Positions 50,669-62,300 of a stretch of DNA of 64,000 nt are shown here, one piece after another. Within the stretch, counting starts at the first letter, position 1. The number at the start of each line of letters is the position of its first letter. A program made the translations under genes and the position numbers. The notes under the pieces are model-generated. The model searched no databases. It saw only the letters and a list, made by a program, of their open reading frames with translations, and was not told where the DNA came from. Source of the stretch: a bacterium (GTDB taxonomy: Bacteria; Bacteroidota; Ignavibacteria; UBA10030); NCBI GenBank assembly GCA_043803945.1, contig JAZDJN010000064.1, positions 1 to 64,000 of the forward strand, given 5' to 3'.

Positions 50669-51583
50669 TTACCCCTGAATGTTTAGTTTGCTCAATTCCT
50701 TTGTACCTATACCATGTTCGTGAGCAAACTGTATCATCGCTACATCGTTCCGGCTCAGAAATCGTTCGGCACAGAGTTGGTCGACCGCGACACAATCGGT
50801 ACCCGCCACAACAGCACGCGGTTTTTTGATCTCTCCCGGTCCCGCCGGCCCATTTGTGGTGATCAACTCTGTAGCGTCAACCACACAGAGGTTCGGTTTA
50901 CGAATCAGATTAACATCGGCAATGCATTGGGAGAGGAACTTCACATCATCGTACGCACCGCTTGCGCCTGAGCCCATGTGGAAATACCGGCAGGTGGCAC
51001 GCCCGCAGGCTCCCATAAAATTTTTCAGGTTTGCTGTGAACTGAGTACCGCGGTGGTCTTTGGCAATCGGAATATTGATAAACACATCGACATCGAGCAG
51101 CGTTTTTGAGACTTCTGCTTCTTTCAGGGACTTCCCTTTGGCAATCTTCATTGTAACAGTGTTGCTGCTTCGTGTAAGCTTCTCTGTCTCCCGCTGAAAC
51201 TTTGTGGAGAGGGCACTGCGTTTCCAATAATTTGCAGGAGTGCTTTCGATTGTTGAGACCTCTTTTACCCCGGCGTCGAGACACATTTTCAGGACTGCAA
51301 GAGCGACATCGGGATTCGTAAAGGAGCCGGGCCTGCTCCAGACAGAATTGATGAGCAATCCCACTGTCGCACCGGGCTTGACGAACTTTTTCATTCCTCC
51401 CAAACCATCAACCGCCGCCAGGGTATTCTCAAAATATTGTTCGCCCGTTACAACCTGAATATCAACTCTCCGGTTCTTCTGCTCGCCGAACAGCAGCCCC
51501 GGCGCAACACCTCCGGATACTGTTACCACTCCGGCAACAAGGCTCTTCTGAAGAAATTCACGGCGATCGATGCGCTGATTCAT
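50669..51583 (-). CDS. DUF362 domain protein with Tat signal
   Basis: DRREFL twin-arginine motif, GGMKKFVKPG, INIPIAKDH, LKNFMG, DCVAVD. Confidence 0.8.
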   Translation of the reverse strand: MNQRIDRREFLQKSLVAGVVTVSGGVAPGLLFGEQKNRRVDIQVVTGEQYFENTLAAVDGLGGMKKFVKPGATVGLLINSVWSRPGSFTNPDVALAVLKMCLDAGVKEVSTIESTPANYWKRSALSTKFQRETEKLTRSSNTVTMKIAKGKSLKEAEVSKTLLDVDVFINIPIAKDHRGTQFTANLKNFMGACGRATCRYFHMGSGASGAYDDVKFLSQCIADVNLIRKPNLCVVDATELITTNGPAGPGEIKKPRAVVAGTDCVAVDQLCAERFLSRNDVAMIQFAHEHGIGTKELSKLNIQG

Positions 51584-51813
51584 AGTGGCTCCTGATAGAA
51601 ATGGGTAGTTGCTGTTCTCTGCTGTTGTTCAGTTTGAGTGCTGTTCAAGGAAGATGGTCCGGTTCGGGTTAGAAACACTTCGATCCATCGCATCTTTCTT
51701 TACGATTGGTCAAAGATAACTCTCGGCGTTCATGTGTACAACTCTATTATGACAATCACAGAATTGGAGTCATAGGGATCGTCGGAGGAAGTGGTAAAGA
51801 TGTTTCCTAAATT

Positions 51814-51864
51814 AAATGACCGTCACCTTCCTCAAGACATCTTATTGAGAGATGACGGTCATTT
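51814..51864. terminator. Long hairpin, probable terminator
   Basis: AAATGACCGTCA ... TGACGGTCATTT, just downstream of the 51886..53919 gene. Confidence 0.55.
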
Positions 51865-51885
51865 ACCTTCATGATCTTCCAGGAA

Positions 51886-53919
51886 TCATTTTTTAGTCAA
51901 CGTTATCAGCATCATTTGTACCCTTACATCCTTTGTTTCTGTTCTGGGATTAGATCCATTTAAACTGCTGTAGGAATAGACCTCTTCCCATATAGCTGTC
52001 AAATAGAGGGGAACATAACTTTCACCTCCAAAATCCGTTGAGGAAAGGTAAACGGAAAATTTCGGTGTAGGAGATGTAGCGTAGGGCATTTGAAGACTTA
52101 ACTCATAATTCTTGAACCTGGCTTTATATTGATATTTTCTAGTCAACGTCTCTTGCTGTGGAGCCACCCAGTATGTTCCATCAAATATTACCTGACTGTC
52201 GAGAGAGGGATTATAATGATGTAAACTCAGGTCTTGCACCTTGACATCCAGAAGAATGGTTGCCGGCAGCACATCGCTCTGAATACTCATATCCATCAGC
52301 ATACTATAATTTGAGTTAACGGAGTTCCCGTTCAATCGAAGTGTTTGAGCCTGTGCGGTTCCCCCAAGAGTATATTGTGGCTGCATATCCCCGATATAAT
52401 TGGATAGGTTAACGATCTTCGTCTGAGGAATGGTGACCGTTTCAGCATTACTGAATTTACAGGGCTCCGATTTGACAACGATCCCTCCAAATTCAATCGA
52501 TGCAACAACCTGATCATCTTTCTTCAATGATGAATAGGCGCCATTCAACCGGATTTCAAATGTATTCTTTCTTGCTGTACCAGTGCCGGTGTAAGCCTTG
52601 GAGTTGATATTAATCGTAACCGGTCCATTATACATATTGGTTAAATCAAAGAGACCAGAATACTCATCCTCGAACGAGGGAATGGCATAAGATATTTTTC
52701 CTCGGATGATGCCTCCGCTATCAACCTTGGCTTCCTTGACTTCCACCACCAACCATGGTATAAATACTCTTAGGGCATGAGCACCCGCCTCAATGACATT
52801 CGGCATAAGCACACTCGCCTGACTTTTCACACAATCGACATCTACATAGGGCTTTCCGCGCAGAGAATCTTTCCCTAAAAGCCAGCTCGCTCCAAACCTG
52901 AGCGGATACTTATCCTTGCACATTGTCACCGAGACTCCTCCCACATTTTTAATGAAGGAAGAGGCAGAACGATTATAATCCGATTCTGTGATGTTCGGAT
53001 AGGGATACGGATTCAACTGCCGAATTGCCGGATAATAAGCATTTGTTTTGATCGTCTGGTTCGTTACAAAGTTGAGATTGGTAAACGAGGCAAGCTCTTC
53101 AAACAGAGAGGTGTAGGTCTCTGCTGCTGTAAACTTGCCCGACAAGTAGCTGTTCGGTGCATTAGCATATCCATAGGTAGCAACGTTGAGACTCTTACAG
53201 ATATTCTCAAATGGATCAGGATCACCAATCACCGAAAAAACCTCGGCTGGAAATCTTGGCGGATGGCTATCGTTGCGTACATGCGGGGTGCAACCCATAT
53301 CGGCAAGCAGATGCAGGGATTGACCCAGGCATCGATACGCCATGGCCATATCCTGGTTCTTTTGACTGGGCAGCGAATCTTTCAAGGCCTTGATAATATA
53401 TTCTTTGGCCTTATTCCAGCCATAAGGATTTTTAGAACTCATCACCCAGCTCTTGGCATCCATAGTAAGCCACGTCTTCAACTGGGTCAGCCCTGGGGAG
53501 CTCTCAATGAGTCCTGAATTATCCGTCAGGTATTTCTTGCCGCCATCGATGGCCATCGGATCATAGAAATGACACAACGAAGCAGGACCCCATGGTTCAT
53601 CTTCCATCCAGCCCCCTTCTTTAATCCAATTGATCGGGGTGTATTTCTTCGTAACCTCATCAGAGGATGTATAGTAGAGGTAGTAGTCCTGGGTGATAGC
53701 AGGACCCGACAATTCGGGTGCTGCCGTATTATTCCAATTAAACTCGTAATACTTGAATTTACTTTCGGCAAATGAGGTGCTAGAGTATTTTGTAAGGAAT
53801 GTTTTAACAATGTGTTCGTTCAAAGGAACATGCGTTTCCGTGTGTCCGAACCCTGAAAAGAGCACGATCACCACACCATAAGCAACAATACCGCTAACGA
53901 ATTGGATAAGTTTTTTCAT
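51886..53919 (-). CDS. Secreted protein with a zinc-dependent phospholipase C/P1 nuclease-like N-terminal domain
   Basis: Signal, then F..TH, GG..ED, HFYDP and LGQSLHLLADM..PH..ND.H; beta-rich C-terminus. Confidence 0.55.
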   Translation of the reverse strand: MKKLIQFVSGIVAYGVVIVLFSGFGHTETHVPLNEHIVKTFLTKYSSTSFAESKFKYYEFNWNNTAAPELSGPAITQDYYLYYTSSDEVTKKYTPINWIKEGGWMEDEPWGPASLCHFYDPMAIDGGKKYLTDNSGLIESSPGLTQLKTWLTMDAKSWVMSSKNPYGWNKAKEYIIKALKDSLPSQKNQDMAMAYRCLGQSLHLLADMGCTPHVRNDSHPPRFPAEVFSVIGDPDPFENICKSLNVATYGYANAPNSYLSGKFTAAETYTSLFEELASFTNLNFVTNQTIKTNAYYPAIRQLNPYPYPNITESDYNRSASSFIKNVGGVSVTMCKDKYPLRFGASWLLGKDSLRGKPYVDVDCVKSQASVLMPNVIEAGAHALRVFIPWLVVEVKEAKVDSGGIIRGKISYAIPSFEDEYSGLFDLTNMYNGPVTININSKAYTGTGTARKNTFEIRLNGAYSSLKKDDQVVASIEFGGIVVKSEPCKFSNAETVTIPQTKIVNLSNYIGDMQPQYTLGGTAQAQTLRLNGNSVNSNYSMLMDMSIQSDVLPATILLDVKVQDLSLHHYNPSLDSQVIFDGTYWVAPQQETLTRKYQYKARFKNYELSLQMPYATSPTPKFSVYLSSTDFGGESYVPLYLTAIWEEVYSYSSLNGSNPRTETKDVRVQMMLITLTKK

Positions 53920-53931
53920 GGTAGTTTCCCC

Positions 53932-54369
53932 TTAGAATCTCATAAGCTTCCAGGAATTATCCGCCTGCCGCGCAAGCCCTATGGAATACTCTACTCCATT
54001 GAAGGTGTACTTATATTCGGCATATAAATCACCATATAAAATAAGCTGTTTCGATTGGAGCGACTGTCCAAGTTTTATGAGATCATCTTTGTTGAGCGCA
54101 GTAATACCTTGCGAGTATGTGCTCTTCGCGGATTCTGTGAGGGTCGCAAGCACCTTCTGGGCATCTCCTGTTTTCAGAGCCTCCTGGACGCTCGTTGCCC
54201 CATCCTCAATCTGCTTCTGCGTAGCTGCATCGACAACCGGTTCATCAGCGACGGGATTATCCTTGTGTTTACAACTCCAGCCTCCATGCAGAGTAGCCGC
54301 AACGATAATACCGATAAAGAAGAATTTGAGCGAAAGAGCTTTCTTCAACACTAACTTGTAAGAATTCAT
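53932..54369 (-). CDS. Hypothetical lipoprotein
   Basis: WSC lipobox, GGAGG RBS, terminal WKLMRF (NTF2-like ending). Confidence 0.65.
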   Translation of the reverse strand: MNSYKLVLKKALSLKFFFIGIIVAATLHGGWSCKHKDNPVADEPVVDAATQKQIEDGATSVQEALKTGDAQKVLATLTESAKSTYSQGITALNKDDLIKLGQSLQSKQLILYGDLYAEYKYTFNGVEYSIGLARQADNSWKLMRF

Positions 54370-54996
54370 TTGATCCTCCTTTGAAATGACTGTTTGTAAC
54401 ACTTTGCATTTCATCTTAGTTCAACATTTTTTTTAAGCCTTTATCGTAGATCAACTGAAATACCTTTAAGTTGCTATCAACAATGGATCTCGAATCTTCG
54501 TGCTGGAGTTAAACGGAGCGGGAAAATTCTGATCGGATATTAATCGCACTGGAAGAACATCAGAACACTCTTCAATTCCATTCAGAGGAGATCGTATGGC
54601 AAGGATATTCTTGCCATCGGCTGGCTCATTGGAAATCATTTTACTATTGCTGCTTGTGTTGCGAGTCAAATTTGCTGGCGCAGAAAACAATCGCCAGTGC
54701 AATTCCTGTTGCGCATGGATAGGTTGGAGAAGAAGTGCTGCAACATCAAGGCTGAGAAGACGACGAGCAATAAGTGGGTATTTGAGGGCTCTGTCCATTG
54801 GAGACGTTGGTTTGGACTCGTACCGAATGAACCAGAATTGTGCTCATAGTACTAAATACATCCCCGTGATGCAAGAAGGCACCTGTTTTGTAGCAGCACA
54901 ATTTTGTCTAACGATTGTATTGTAAGTGTGAATTTCCTATTTGAAATCCCAACAAATTATGATTACATGGTACGAACGATTAACCATGAGGAGAGT

Positions 54997-56229
54997 ATGA
55001 AAACAGCATTGTGGATTACCCTAAGCTGCATGATGATTGGCGGCTTTCTCTTTGCCCAGCAAAGGCCGCCGGCCAACATAGAATTCGTGGAAAGCATTCC
55101 CGTCGAGACATCCCTGGACAATCCCGATATTCGCAACACACGGGAAGTCTGGCTCGAGATGATTCGTGCAGCCAGGAAGACGATTGATCTGGAACAATTT
55201 TACATCTCTCCTCAGAAAGGCGAGACGCTTGACGACATCATTAAGGCACTCCGTACTGTTGCCGGCCAGGGCGTGCGCGTCCGGTTTATTATTGACAAGA
55301 ATATGTACAAGACCTATCCTGCCATGGCCGATTCGTTCAGCAGGATGAAGAATATTTCTCTCCGCATTATCGATTTCGGTTTGCTTGCCGGGGGAATTCA
55401 GCATGCAAAGTATTTCGTTGTCGATGGAGAAGAGCTATTCATTGGCAGCCAGAATTTTGATTGGCGGTCGCTAAGTCACATTCACGAACTTGGGCTGAGA
55501 GTACGCCAGAGAGAGATCGCGAAAGTCTATCAACAACTCTTCGATCTGGATTGGCGGTTGGCAGCGTTGAAAGAGAAGGATAGCTTACGACTGCTTCTTT
55601 CTTCCTATTCACATTCTTCTCCCTTTCCTGTGCGTGTATCAACATCTCAGTACGGCACAGTGACAATTCAACCGACCTATAGCCCCCGTACAGTCATTCC
55701 CGATACAAGCCTGTGGGACGAATCCCATCTGATGCGGCTCATAGGGGGAGCTCAGAAAGAGGTCTGTTTGCAATTTCTCTCTTATTCTCCCCGCGGACGG
55801 GATAACTCCTATTATGAAGCGCTGGATGGCTCCCTTCGTAACGCTGCAGCACGAGATGTAAAAGTCAAACTGCTCGTCTCCGATTGGCAAAAAGGAACTC
55901 GGGCAGAACGGTATCTGAAAGAACTATCGGCTGTCCCGAATATCCAGGTCAAGTTCAGTGCCATTCCCGATTGGTCGCGGGGATATGTTTCCTTTGCGCG
56001 TGTTGAACACTGCAAGTACATTCTTGTCGATGGAAAGCGGTTTTGGCTCGGTACCAGCAACGGCGAGAGGAGTTACTTCCACACCTCACGGAATGCCGGC
56101 CTCATCGTTGAGAACGATCAATTGGCAGCAAGGCTGCATCAGATTTTCTACAAAAGCTGGGAGAGCGCATACACGGAGCTTGTCCATCTTTCAACGACGT
56201 ATGCTCCACGAAAACATACAGAGGAGTGA
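54997..56229 (+). CDS. Phospholipase D superfamily protein, PLD3/K4-like
   Basis: Two HxKxxxxD motifs (HAKYFVVD, HCKYILVD), VESIP, GSQNFDWRSL..ELG. Confidence 0.88.
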   Translation: MKTALWITLSCMMIGGFLFAQQRPPANIEFVESIPVETSLDNPDIRNTREVWLEMIRAARKTIDLEQFYISPQKGETLDDIIKALRTVAGQGVRVRFIIDKNMYKTYPAMADSFSRMKNISLRIIDFGLLAGGIQHAKYFVVDGEELFIGSQNFDWRSLSHIHELGLRVRQREIAKVYQQLFDLDWRLAALKEKDSLRLLLSSYSHSSPFPVRVSTSQYGTVTIQPTYSPRTVIPDTSLWDESHLMRLIGGAQKEVCLQFLSYSPRGRDNSYYEALDGSLRNAAARDVKVKLLVSDWQKGTRAERYLKELSAVPNIQVKFSAIPDWSRGYVSFARVEHCKYILVDGKRFWLGTSNGERSYFHTSRNAGLIVENDQLAARLHQIFYKSWESAYTELVHLSTTYAPRKHTEE

Positions 56230-56856
56230 TACAATGCTGAATCGTTTTGATCGTCGTACTCACTGCGTATCGTCAAAAAGAACTGTGGTTTAACACCATG
56301 AATGAATTCTTTTATCTTCTGCTAATCCTGAGAATATGCTGAGCATCCCAAGACGCGCATAATCCGTTCTCACGCTCGATTCCTTCGCAGGATTCTTCCC
56401 TGATTGGCATGACGGATCTCGCTGTACTCTCTGAACAAGAGATGTGGAGTGTTGGCGAGAAGGGAAGTATCCTTCACTATGCACAGAAGGCCTGGCATCG
56501 GCATCCCTCCCCAGCAAGTTCCGACCTGATACAAATGAAGAAAGTCAGGAGCACAATCAGTGAAAACTGGTCAGCCGGTAACTTCCTGGGATCCAAACGA
56601 AAAAATTGGGCCGACCGGCTATGGCACTCAGGGATTTATCTCTTCGGCTGGGAAGATGAACTACCAAATACTTTTTGAAAATAACAAAGAGGCAATTGCA
56701 CCCGTGTACAAAGCGTAATCGTTTTTTCCGTTTACTCAATTATAACCCTACGGTGATACCCCGCATAAATCGCACCATCAATAGTGTTTGTCCAAGGATG
56801 TTCGTACATTTCTCCAGTTTCTTTTTTCGTCCCTTGTACACTCTACGGAGATTTCC

Positions 56857-58413
56857 ATGAAGGCTTACTCTCGACTTTGCTTCATCCTGCTCATCACGGC
56901 TGCATTTACCAATCTTCATGCTCAAACAATGCCGCCGGAAATTGACTCTCTCATCAATCAGGTACAACAAGCGTTCGATGTACCCGGAGTCTCTCTCGCC
57001 ATCGTGAAAGATGGCAAGGTGCTCCTTGCGAAAGGGTACGGCGTAAAGAAGCTCGGTGCAACCGATCAGGTCGACAGCAAAACGAACTTTGGGATCGCTT
57101 CGAACACAAAGGCATTTACTGCCACGGCCCTTGGGCTTCTTGTTGAAGAGCGAAGATTGAAATGGAATGCCCGCGTGGTAGATTACCTTCCCTGGTTTCA
57201 ACTTTCTGATCCCTACGTGACACGCGAGATGACTATTCGCGACCTGCTTGTTCATCGGAGCGGGCTCGGTCTCGGAGCCGGCGATTTGCTCTGGTGGCCC
57301 ACTTCAACGTATGACCGGAAAGAAATTGTGCGGCGGTTGCGCAACATACCCCTGGCAACAAGCTTCCGCAGTGCGTATGCGTACGACAACGTTCTGTATC
57401 TTGTCGCCGGCGAAGTGATTGAAGCAATCAGCGGAATGTCATGGGAAGCATTTGTCCAGACACGCATCCTTGACAAGGTGGGGATGATGAACAGTAACAC
57501 CCGTCATTCCGACGCGAACAAGAAGGGAAATATTGCTACACCCCATGCACCCATCGATGGCAAGGTGAGACCCGTCACTGCGTTCGACAGCGATAACACT
57601 AATCCGGCCGGCGGTATAAACTCCAATGCGGAGGACATGGCAAAATGGATGATCTGCCAGCTCGATTCAGGCAGAGTTGCAAATGGTGGAAGGCTGTTTT
57701 CACCGGCGATAACCCGGGAATTATGGACCCTCGTTACACCCATGCCCATCGGCATAGCATCAGGAGAATTCAAACCGCTTCAGGCAAATTTTCTCGGGTA
57801 TGGCCTCGGATTCGACCTACGCGATTATCGGGGAAAGAAGCTCGTGACCCATACAGGTGGATTGCCCGGGTATGTTTCGCGTGTCGCGATGATTCCGGAA
57901 TTAAAACTCGGCATATCGATCCTCACCAACCAGGAGTCCGGCGAAGCATTTAACACTATCGCATTTCAGATCCTCGACTATTATCTCGGAGCACAATCAA
58001 ATTGGCTTACACTTTTCAAGAATCTTAAAACAAGGAACGACTCGTTAACAGCTCTTGCAGAAGTCTCGGTTACAAAATCGAAAAAGGCTGATTCTAACCC
58101 CTCGCTGCCGCTGCAATCTTACACCGGCCATTACACCGACACCTGGTACGGAGACCTCAAAATTTCAAACGACAACGGCCAATTGAAAATTCAAATGGTG
58201 CCCACCCCATCGCTTTCAGGAATGCTGGAGCATTATCAGCACGATACGTTCATTGCTCGCTGGAGTGATCCGGAAATGCGTGCCGATGCGTTCGTGACAT
58301 TTTCCATGCTTCCCGATGGAAGCATCGAACAGATAAAAATGCGTGCCGTTTCACCTGCCACTGATTTCAGCTTCGATTTTCAAGACCTGCTCTTCAAACC
58401 GGTAAAGAAATAA
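56857..58413 (+). CDS. Serine hydrolase (class C beta-lactamase-like) with DUF3471
   Basis: ASNTK (SxxK), YDN (YxN), HTGG, C-terminal YTGHY.D.WYG. Confidence 0.9.
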   Translation: MKAYSRLCFILLITAAFTNLHAQTMPPEIDSLINQVQQAFDVPGVSLAIVKDGKVLLAKGYGVKKLGATDQVDSKTNFGIASNTKAFTATALGLLVEERRLKWNARVVDYLPWFQLSDPYVTREMTIRDLLVHRSGLGLGAGDLLWWPTSTYDRKEIVRRLRNIPLATSFRSAYAYDNVLYLVAGEVIEAISGMSWEAFVQTRILDKVGMMNSNTRHSDANKKGNIATPHAPIDGKVRPVTAFDSDNTNPAGGINSNAEDMAKWMICQLDSGRVANGGRLFSPAITRELWTLVTPMPIGIASGEFKPLQANFLGYGLGFDLRDYRGKKLVTHTGGLPGYVSRVAMIPELKLGISILTNQESGEAFNTIAFQILDYYLGAQSNWLTLFKNLKTRNDSLTALAEVSVTKSKKADSNPSLPLQSYTGHYTDTWYGDLKISNDNGQLKIQMVPTPSLSGMLEHYQHDTFIARWSDPEMRADAFVTFSMLPDGSIEQIKMRAVSPATDFSFDFQDLLFKPVKK

Positions 58414-58592
58414 CGAACATATAGAAGTCCGTCTTTTTCCCATGATCTCTCTTGATCAAAAAACGGACTTCTTCTCCGGCCCAAAAGCTGGGAGGGAGCT
58501 CAGCTCCCGACCTACACAGAAAATAGCTGTGCCCATTCACACTTCGTCTCAACTTCGTTGCTTCTCTCCTCTCCATTCTCTACCTTTTCTTT

Positions 58593-59258
58593 ATGAAAAG
58601 AACACTCATGGCTCTCATTGTACTTAGTGCCCTGGCACAGTGTTTTGCCCAGCAACGGGTAGAGAGCCAGTTTCGGATCGCGCGGTTAAAATACAGCGGC
58701 GGGGGCGATTGGTATAACGACCCATCTGCCGAGGTCAATCTGCTTAAATTCATCCGGCAGAATGCGGGTATTGATACAGATCCACGCTATGAGTTTGTTG
58801 ACCTGACAAGCGAAAAATTGTTCTCCTATCCATTCCTGTTTATGACGGGCCATGGCAATATTGTGTTTTCGGAAACCGAAGCCCAGCGACTGAGATCGTA
58901 TTTACTCAACGGCGGCTTTCTCTATATCGACGACGACTATGGCCTCGATAAAGCACTCCGGCGGGAGATGAAAAAAGTGTTCTCCGATCTCTCGTTTGTT
59001 GAACTCCCTTTTTCGTATGGATTGTACCACTGTCATTTCAATTTCCCCAACGGTGTACCAAAAACCCATGAGCATGATAACAAGCCGCCACGAGGATTGG
59101 GAATTTTTTACGGCGGTAGGCTTGTTGTATTCTATACCGTTGAGTCGAATCCGAGCGACGGCTGGGCAGATCCGGAAGTCCATGGCGACCCTGAATCGGT
59201 ACGGCAGGAAGCGTTGAAATTCGGCACTAATATTGTCGTCTGGGCGCTCACACAATAA
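58593..59258 (+). CDS. DUF4159 domain protein
   Basis: LKYSGGGDWY, YPFLFMTGHG, GGFLYIDDDYG, GTNI. Confidence 0.88.
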   Translation: MKRTLMALIVLSALAQCFAQQRVESQFRIARLKYSGGGDWYNDPSAEVNLLKFIRQNAGIDTDPRYEFVDLTSEKLFSYPFLFMTGHGNIVFSETEAQRLRSYLLNGGFLYIDDDYGLDKALRREMKKVFSDLSFVELPFSYGLYHCHFNFPNGVPKTHEHDNKPPRGLGIFYGGRLVVFYTVESNPSDGWADPEVHGDPESVRQEALKFGTNIVVWALTQ

Positions 59259-59372
59259 ACCGCCAAGCCGCCAAGAGCGCCAACGTATTATAAAATTCAA
59301 AGAAGAATTGCAGAACGTTATGTTAAATAGACCTTTTCATCCGGCTGGTGTAACCCGGATTCATAAACAATC

Positions 59373-62300
59373 GTGACATTTTCATCCACCATACTTCAGG
59401 ATATTCTGAAAAGGCTGCAGCAGGTTCGATCGCTGCAGTATCGGGTTGAGCTGCAAGCGGGCATCTTTCTCTTTGGGATACTCACCTTGCTGATATTCTA
59501 TCTCTGCCTCCTTGCCGAGCTGGCGTTTCAGCTGAGCTCGCCGTTGCGGACTTTTCTGTTCTACTCATTTTTCCTGCTTGTCGGTATCGGCCTGATTCGA
59601 TTTATTCTGATGCCCATACTCCGGTGGAGCTGCATACTGAAATCGCTGGATGATTTTGACCTTGCTCAACATGTAGGCGCATCGTTCCCTACAATCCGCG
59701 ATCGTCTTTTCAACCTTCTTCAACTTCATCGAGAGGTAACATCTGGAAATACTCTTTATTCACCGGAGCTGGTTGATGCCTCATTTCAGGATCTCGCCGA
59801 GAATGTGAGCACCATTGATTTTACCGCATCTGTTGATACAACCCCGGTAACAAAGGCTCTCAAGCTTTTTGCATTCTGTCTCTTTGGAGCCTTTGTTATT
59901 GTTATAACGGCACCATCAGTATGGTCGGCCGCACTGTACCGTATCTGGAATTACACCGAAGAGTTCGCTGTGCCGGCAGAGTACTCGTTCGAATTGACCC
60001 CGGGCAACAAAGAGATCGTCAAAGGACAATCCGTGGAACTCACAGCCAGAGTTTTCGATACGTTTGGATCCCGCGTGGCCGGCCAACCGTTGACACTCTT
60101 CTGGAAAGTGGAGGGGCAGGAAACCTATGACCAACTCCTCCTGCAGCCAGATTCCACCGGTATGGTCAAAACAACGATGCACAATATCCGTGCGACAACA
60201 TCGTACTTTGCACAACTTCGAACGACACAGAGCGCGCGATGTACACTCACCGTAATCGATCGGCCGCTGATCCGCTCATTCCAGGTGCGCCTTGAGTATC
60301 CCTCTTATGCAAAGCTGCCGCCAAGAGTTCAGGAAGAGTTTGTCGGCGACATTACTGCTCTTGCCGGAACACAGGCAACAATTATGGGAACAGCAAGTAA
60401 GGATATTCTTTCCGGACGGATTGTTTTGGGAACATTGAAGCCCGTTCCACTTTCTGTGCAGGCACAACGTTTTAGCATCACCGTTCCCATCGATTCCGAC
60501 GCTGCATACCACCTCGAACTCATTGATCATGAACATCTCACCAACGCCGATCCCATACAGTATTCTATCAAGGTTCTGCCCGATGAGCTTCCCATTGTTT
60601 CGATTATCCAGCCGGGGAGGAACCTCGATATTGCAGGAGATCAATTCCTCCGCTTGATCATTCAAGCGAAAGATGATTTTGGCCTCTCTTCTATGCGGCT
60701 CGGACATCGGCTCATTCAATCACGGTATGAAAAGCCTGCACAGTCGTTCACCTACACACCCATTCCTCTTCCGTCGTCTTCTGGTGCCCAGATTGAACTC
60801 CCCTTCACATGGGATCTTTCAAAGATGAGCCTTGTGCCGGAAGATGCTGTGGAATATTTCGTTGAAGTATTTGACAACGATAATGTCCGCGGGCCAAAAA
60901 GCAGCAGAAGCTCGATCTATCTTATCCGCTTGCCTTCCCTTGAAGAAGTCTTCAAGGAATCAGACAAAGCCCATGAACAATCGCTCGACGACCTGAAACA
61001 AACACTGGAAGCTGCCAAACAATTGAAGGAAAAAGTAGAATCGATAAGCCTCGACATGAAACGGAATAAAGAAATGGGCTGGCAGCAGCAGAAAAAAGTC
61101 GAGGAGATGTCAAAGCAATATCAGGAGATTCAGAAGGAGTTGAATAACGTCAACAAGCGGCTGGACGATATGGTGCAAAGCCTCGATCGACAGAATGTTC
61201 TGTCGAAGGAAACCCTGGAAAAGTACCTGGAATTGGATCAGCTTCTCTCGCAAATGAACTCTGCCGAACTCCAGCAGGTATTGAAACAGATGCAGCAGTC
61301 GATGCAAAATGTTAATCGCGACCAGCTCCGTCAGGAGCTTCAAAAGATGAGTTTTTCAGAAGAACAATTTCGCTCGAATATCGAACGGACGATCGAACTT
61401 CTCAAGCGAATCCAGATCGAGCAGAAATTCGACGAGGTACGCAAGCGGACAGAGGAGATTGCAGCGGCCCAGCGTGAGTTGAATGAGAAAACAGCCGACA
61501 CCACCGGATCCAAAGAAGCCATGAATGATCTTGCCAGGCGACAGAGCGATCTGGCCGCAAAGCAGCAGCGCCTTCAGGAAGAATCTGTCGACCTGCAAAA
61601 GAAAATGGAAGAGTTTTTCACCGAGATGCCCTCGGACCGGCTCGATCTGCTGAACCAGCAGATACAGGGGCAAAACCTACCCGGCAAGATGCAGCAAACG
61701 GGTCAGATGATGATGCAGGGAAAATCTCAGCAAGCACAGAAAAGCCAGAAGATTATTGAAGAGTCGCTCGGGCAGATTGCAAAAGAATTTTCAGACATGC
61801 AGCAACAGATGCTCCAGCAGCAACAGCAGTACATCATGAATGAATTTCGAAGGCTGGTGAATAACATTCTTGACCTTTCAAAAAAAGAGGAAGAACTTAA
61901 AACGCAGTCGCAGAATGCCCCGGCAAACTCGCCGCAATTCCGGCAGAACGCACAAGACCAGGTACAGATCATGCGCGACATGGAGAACATTGTAAACAGT
62001 CTGGGCGATGCCGCACGGCGATCCTTTGCCGTAACACCCGATATAGGACGCTCCATCGGAGAAGCATATAACGCGATGAGATCGGCCCTCGAAGCGCTCG
62101 AAACACGGAACAGCTTTTACGCTTCACAGCAACAAGTGTCTGCGATGGCAGCATTGAACAAGGCGGCATCGCAGATACAGAAGGCCATGCAATCAGCGAT
62201 GCAGGGTGGCGGAGGCACAATGGGCGGATTGATGGGTCAATTGCTGGGACTTGCTGGACGACAGGAGATGGTGAATGAACAAACGCAGTCGATGCAAGCG

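Noticed and set aside
56409-56678. Beta-propeller-like ORF (WSVGEKGSILHY)
   Set aside because: A short fragment without a clear start context. Probably a gene relic, too weak to annotate.
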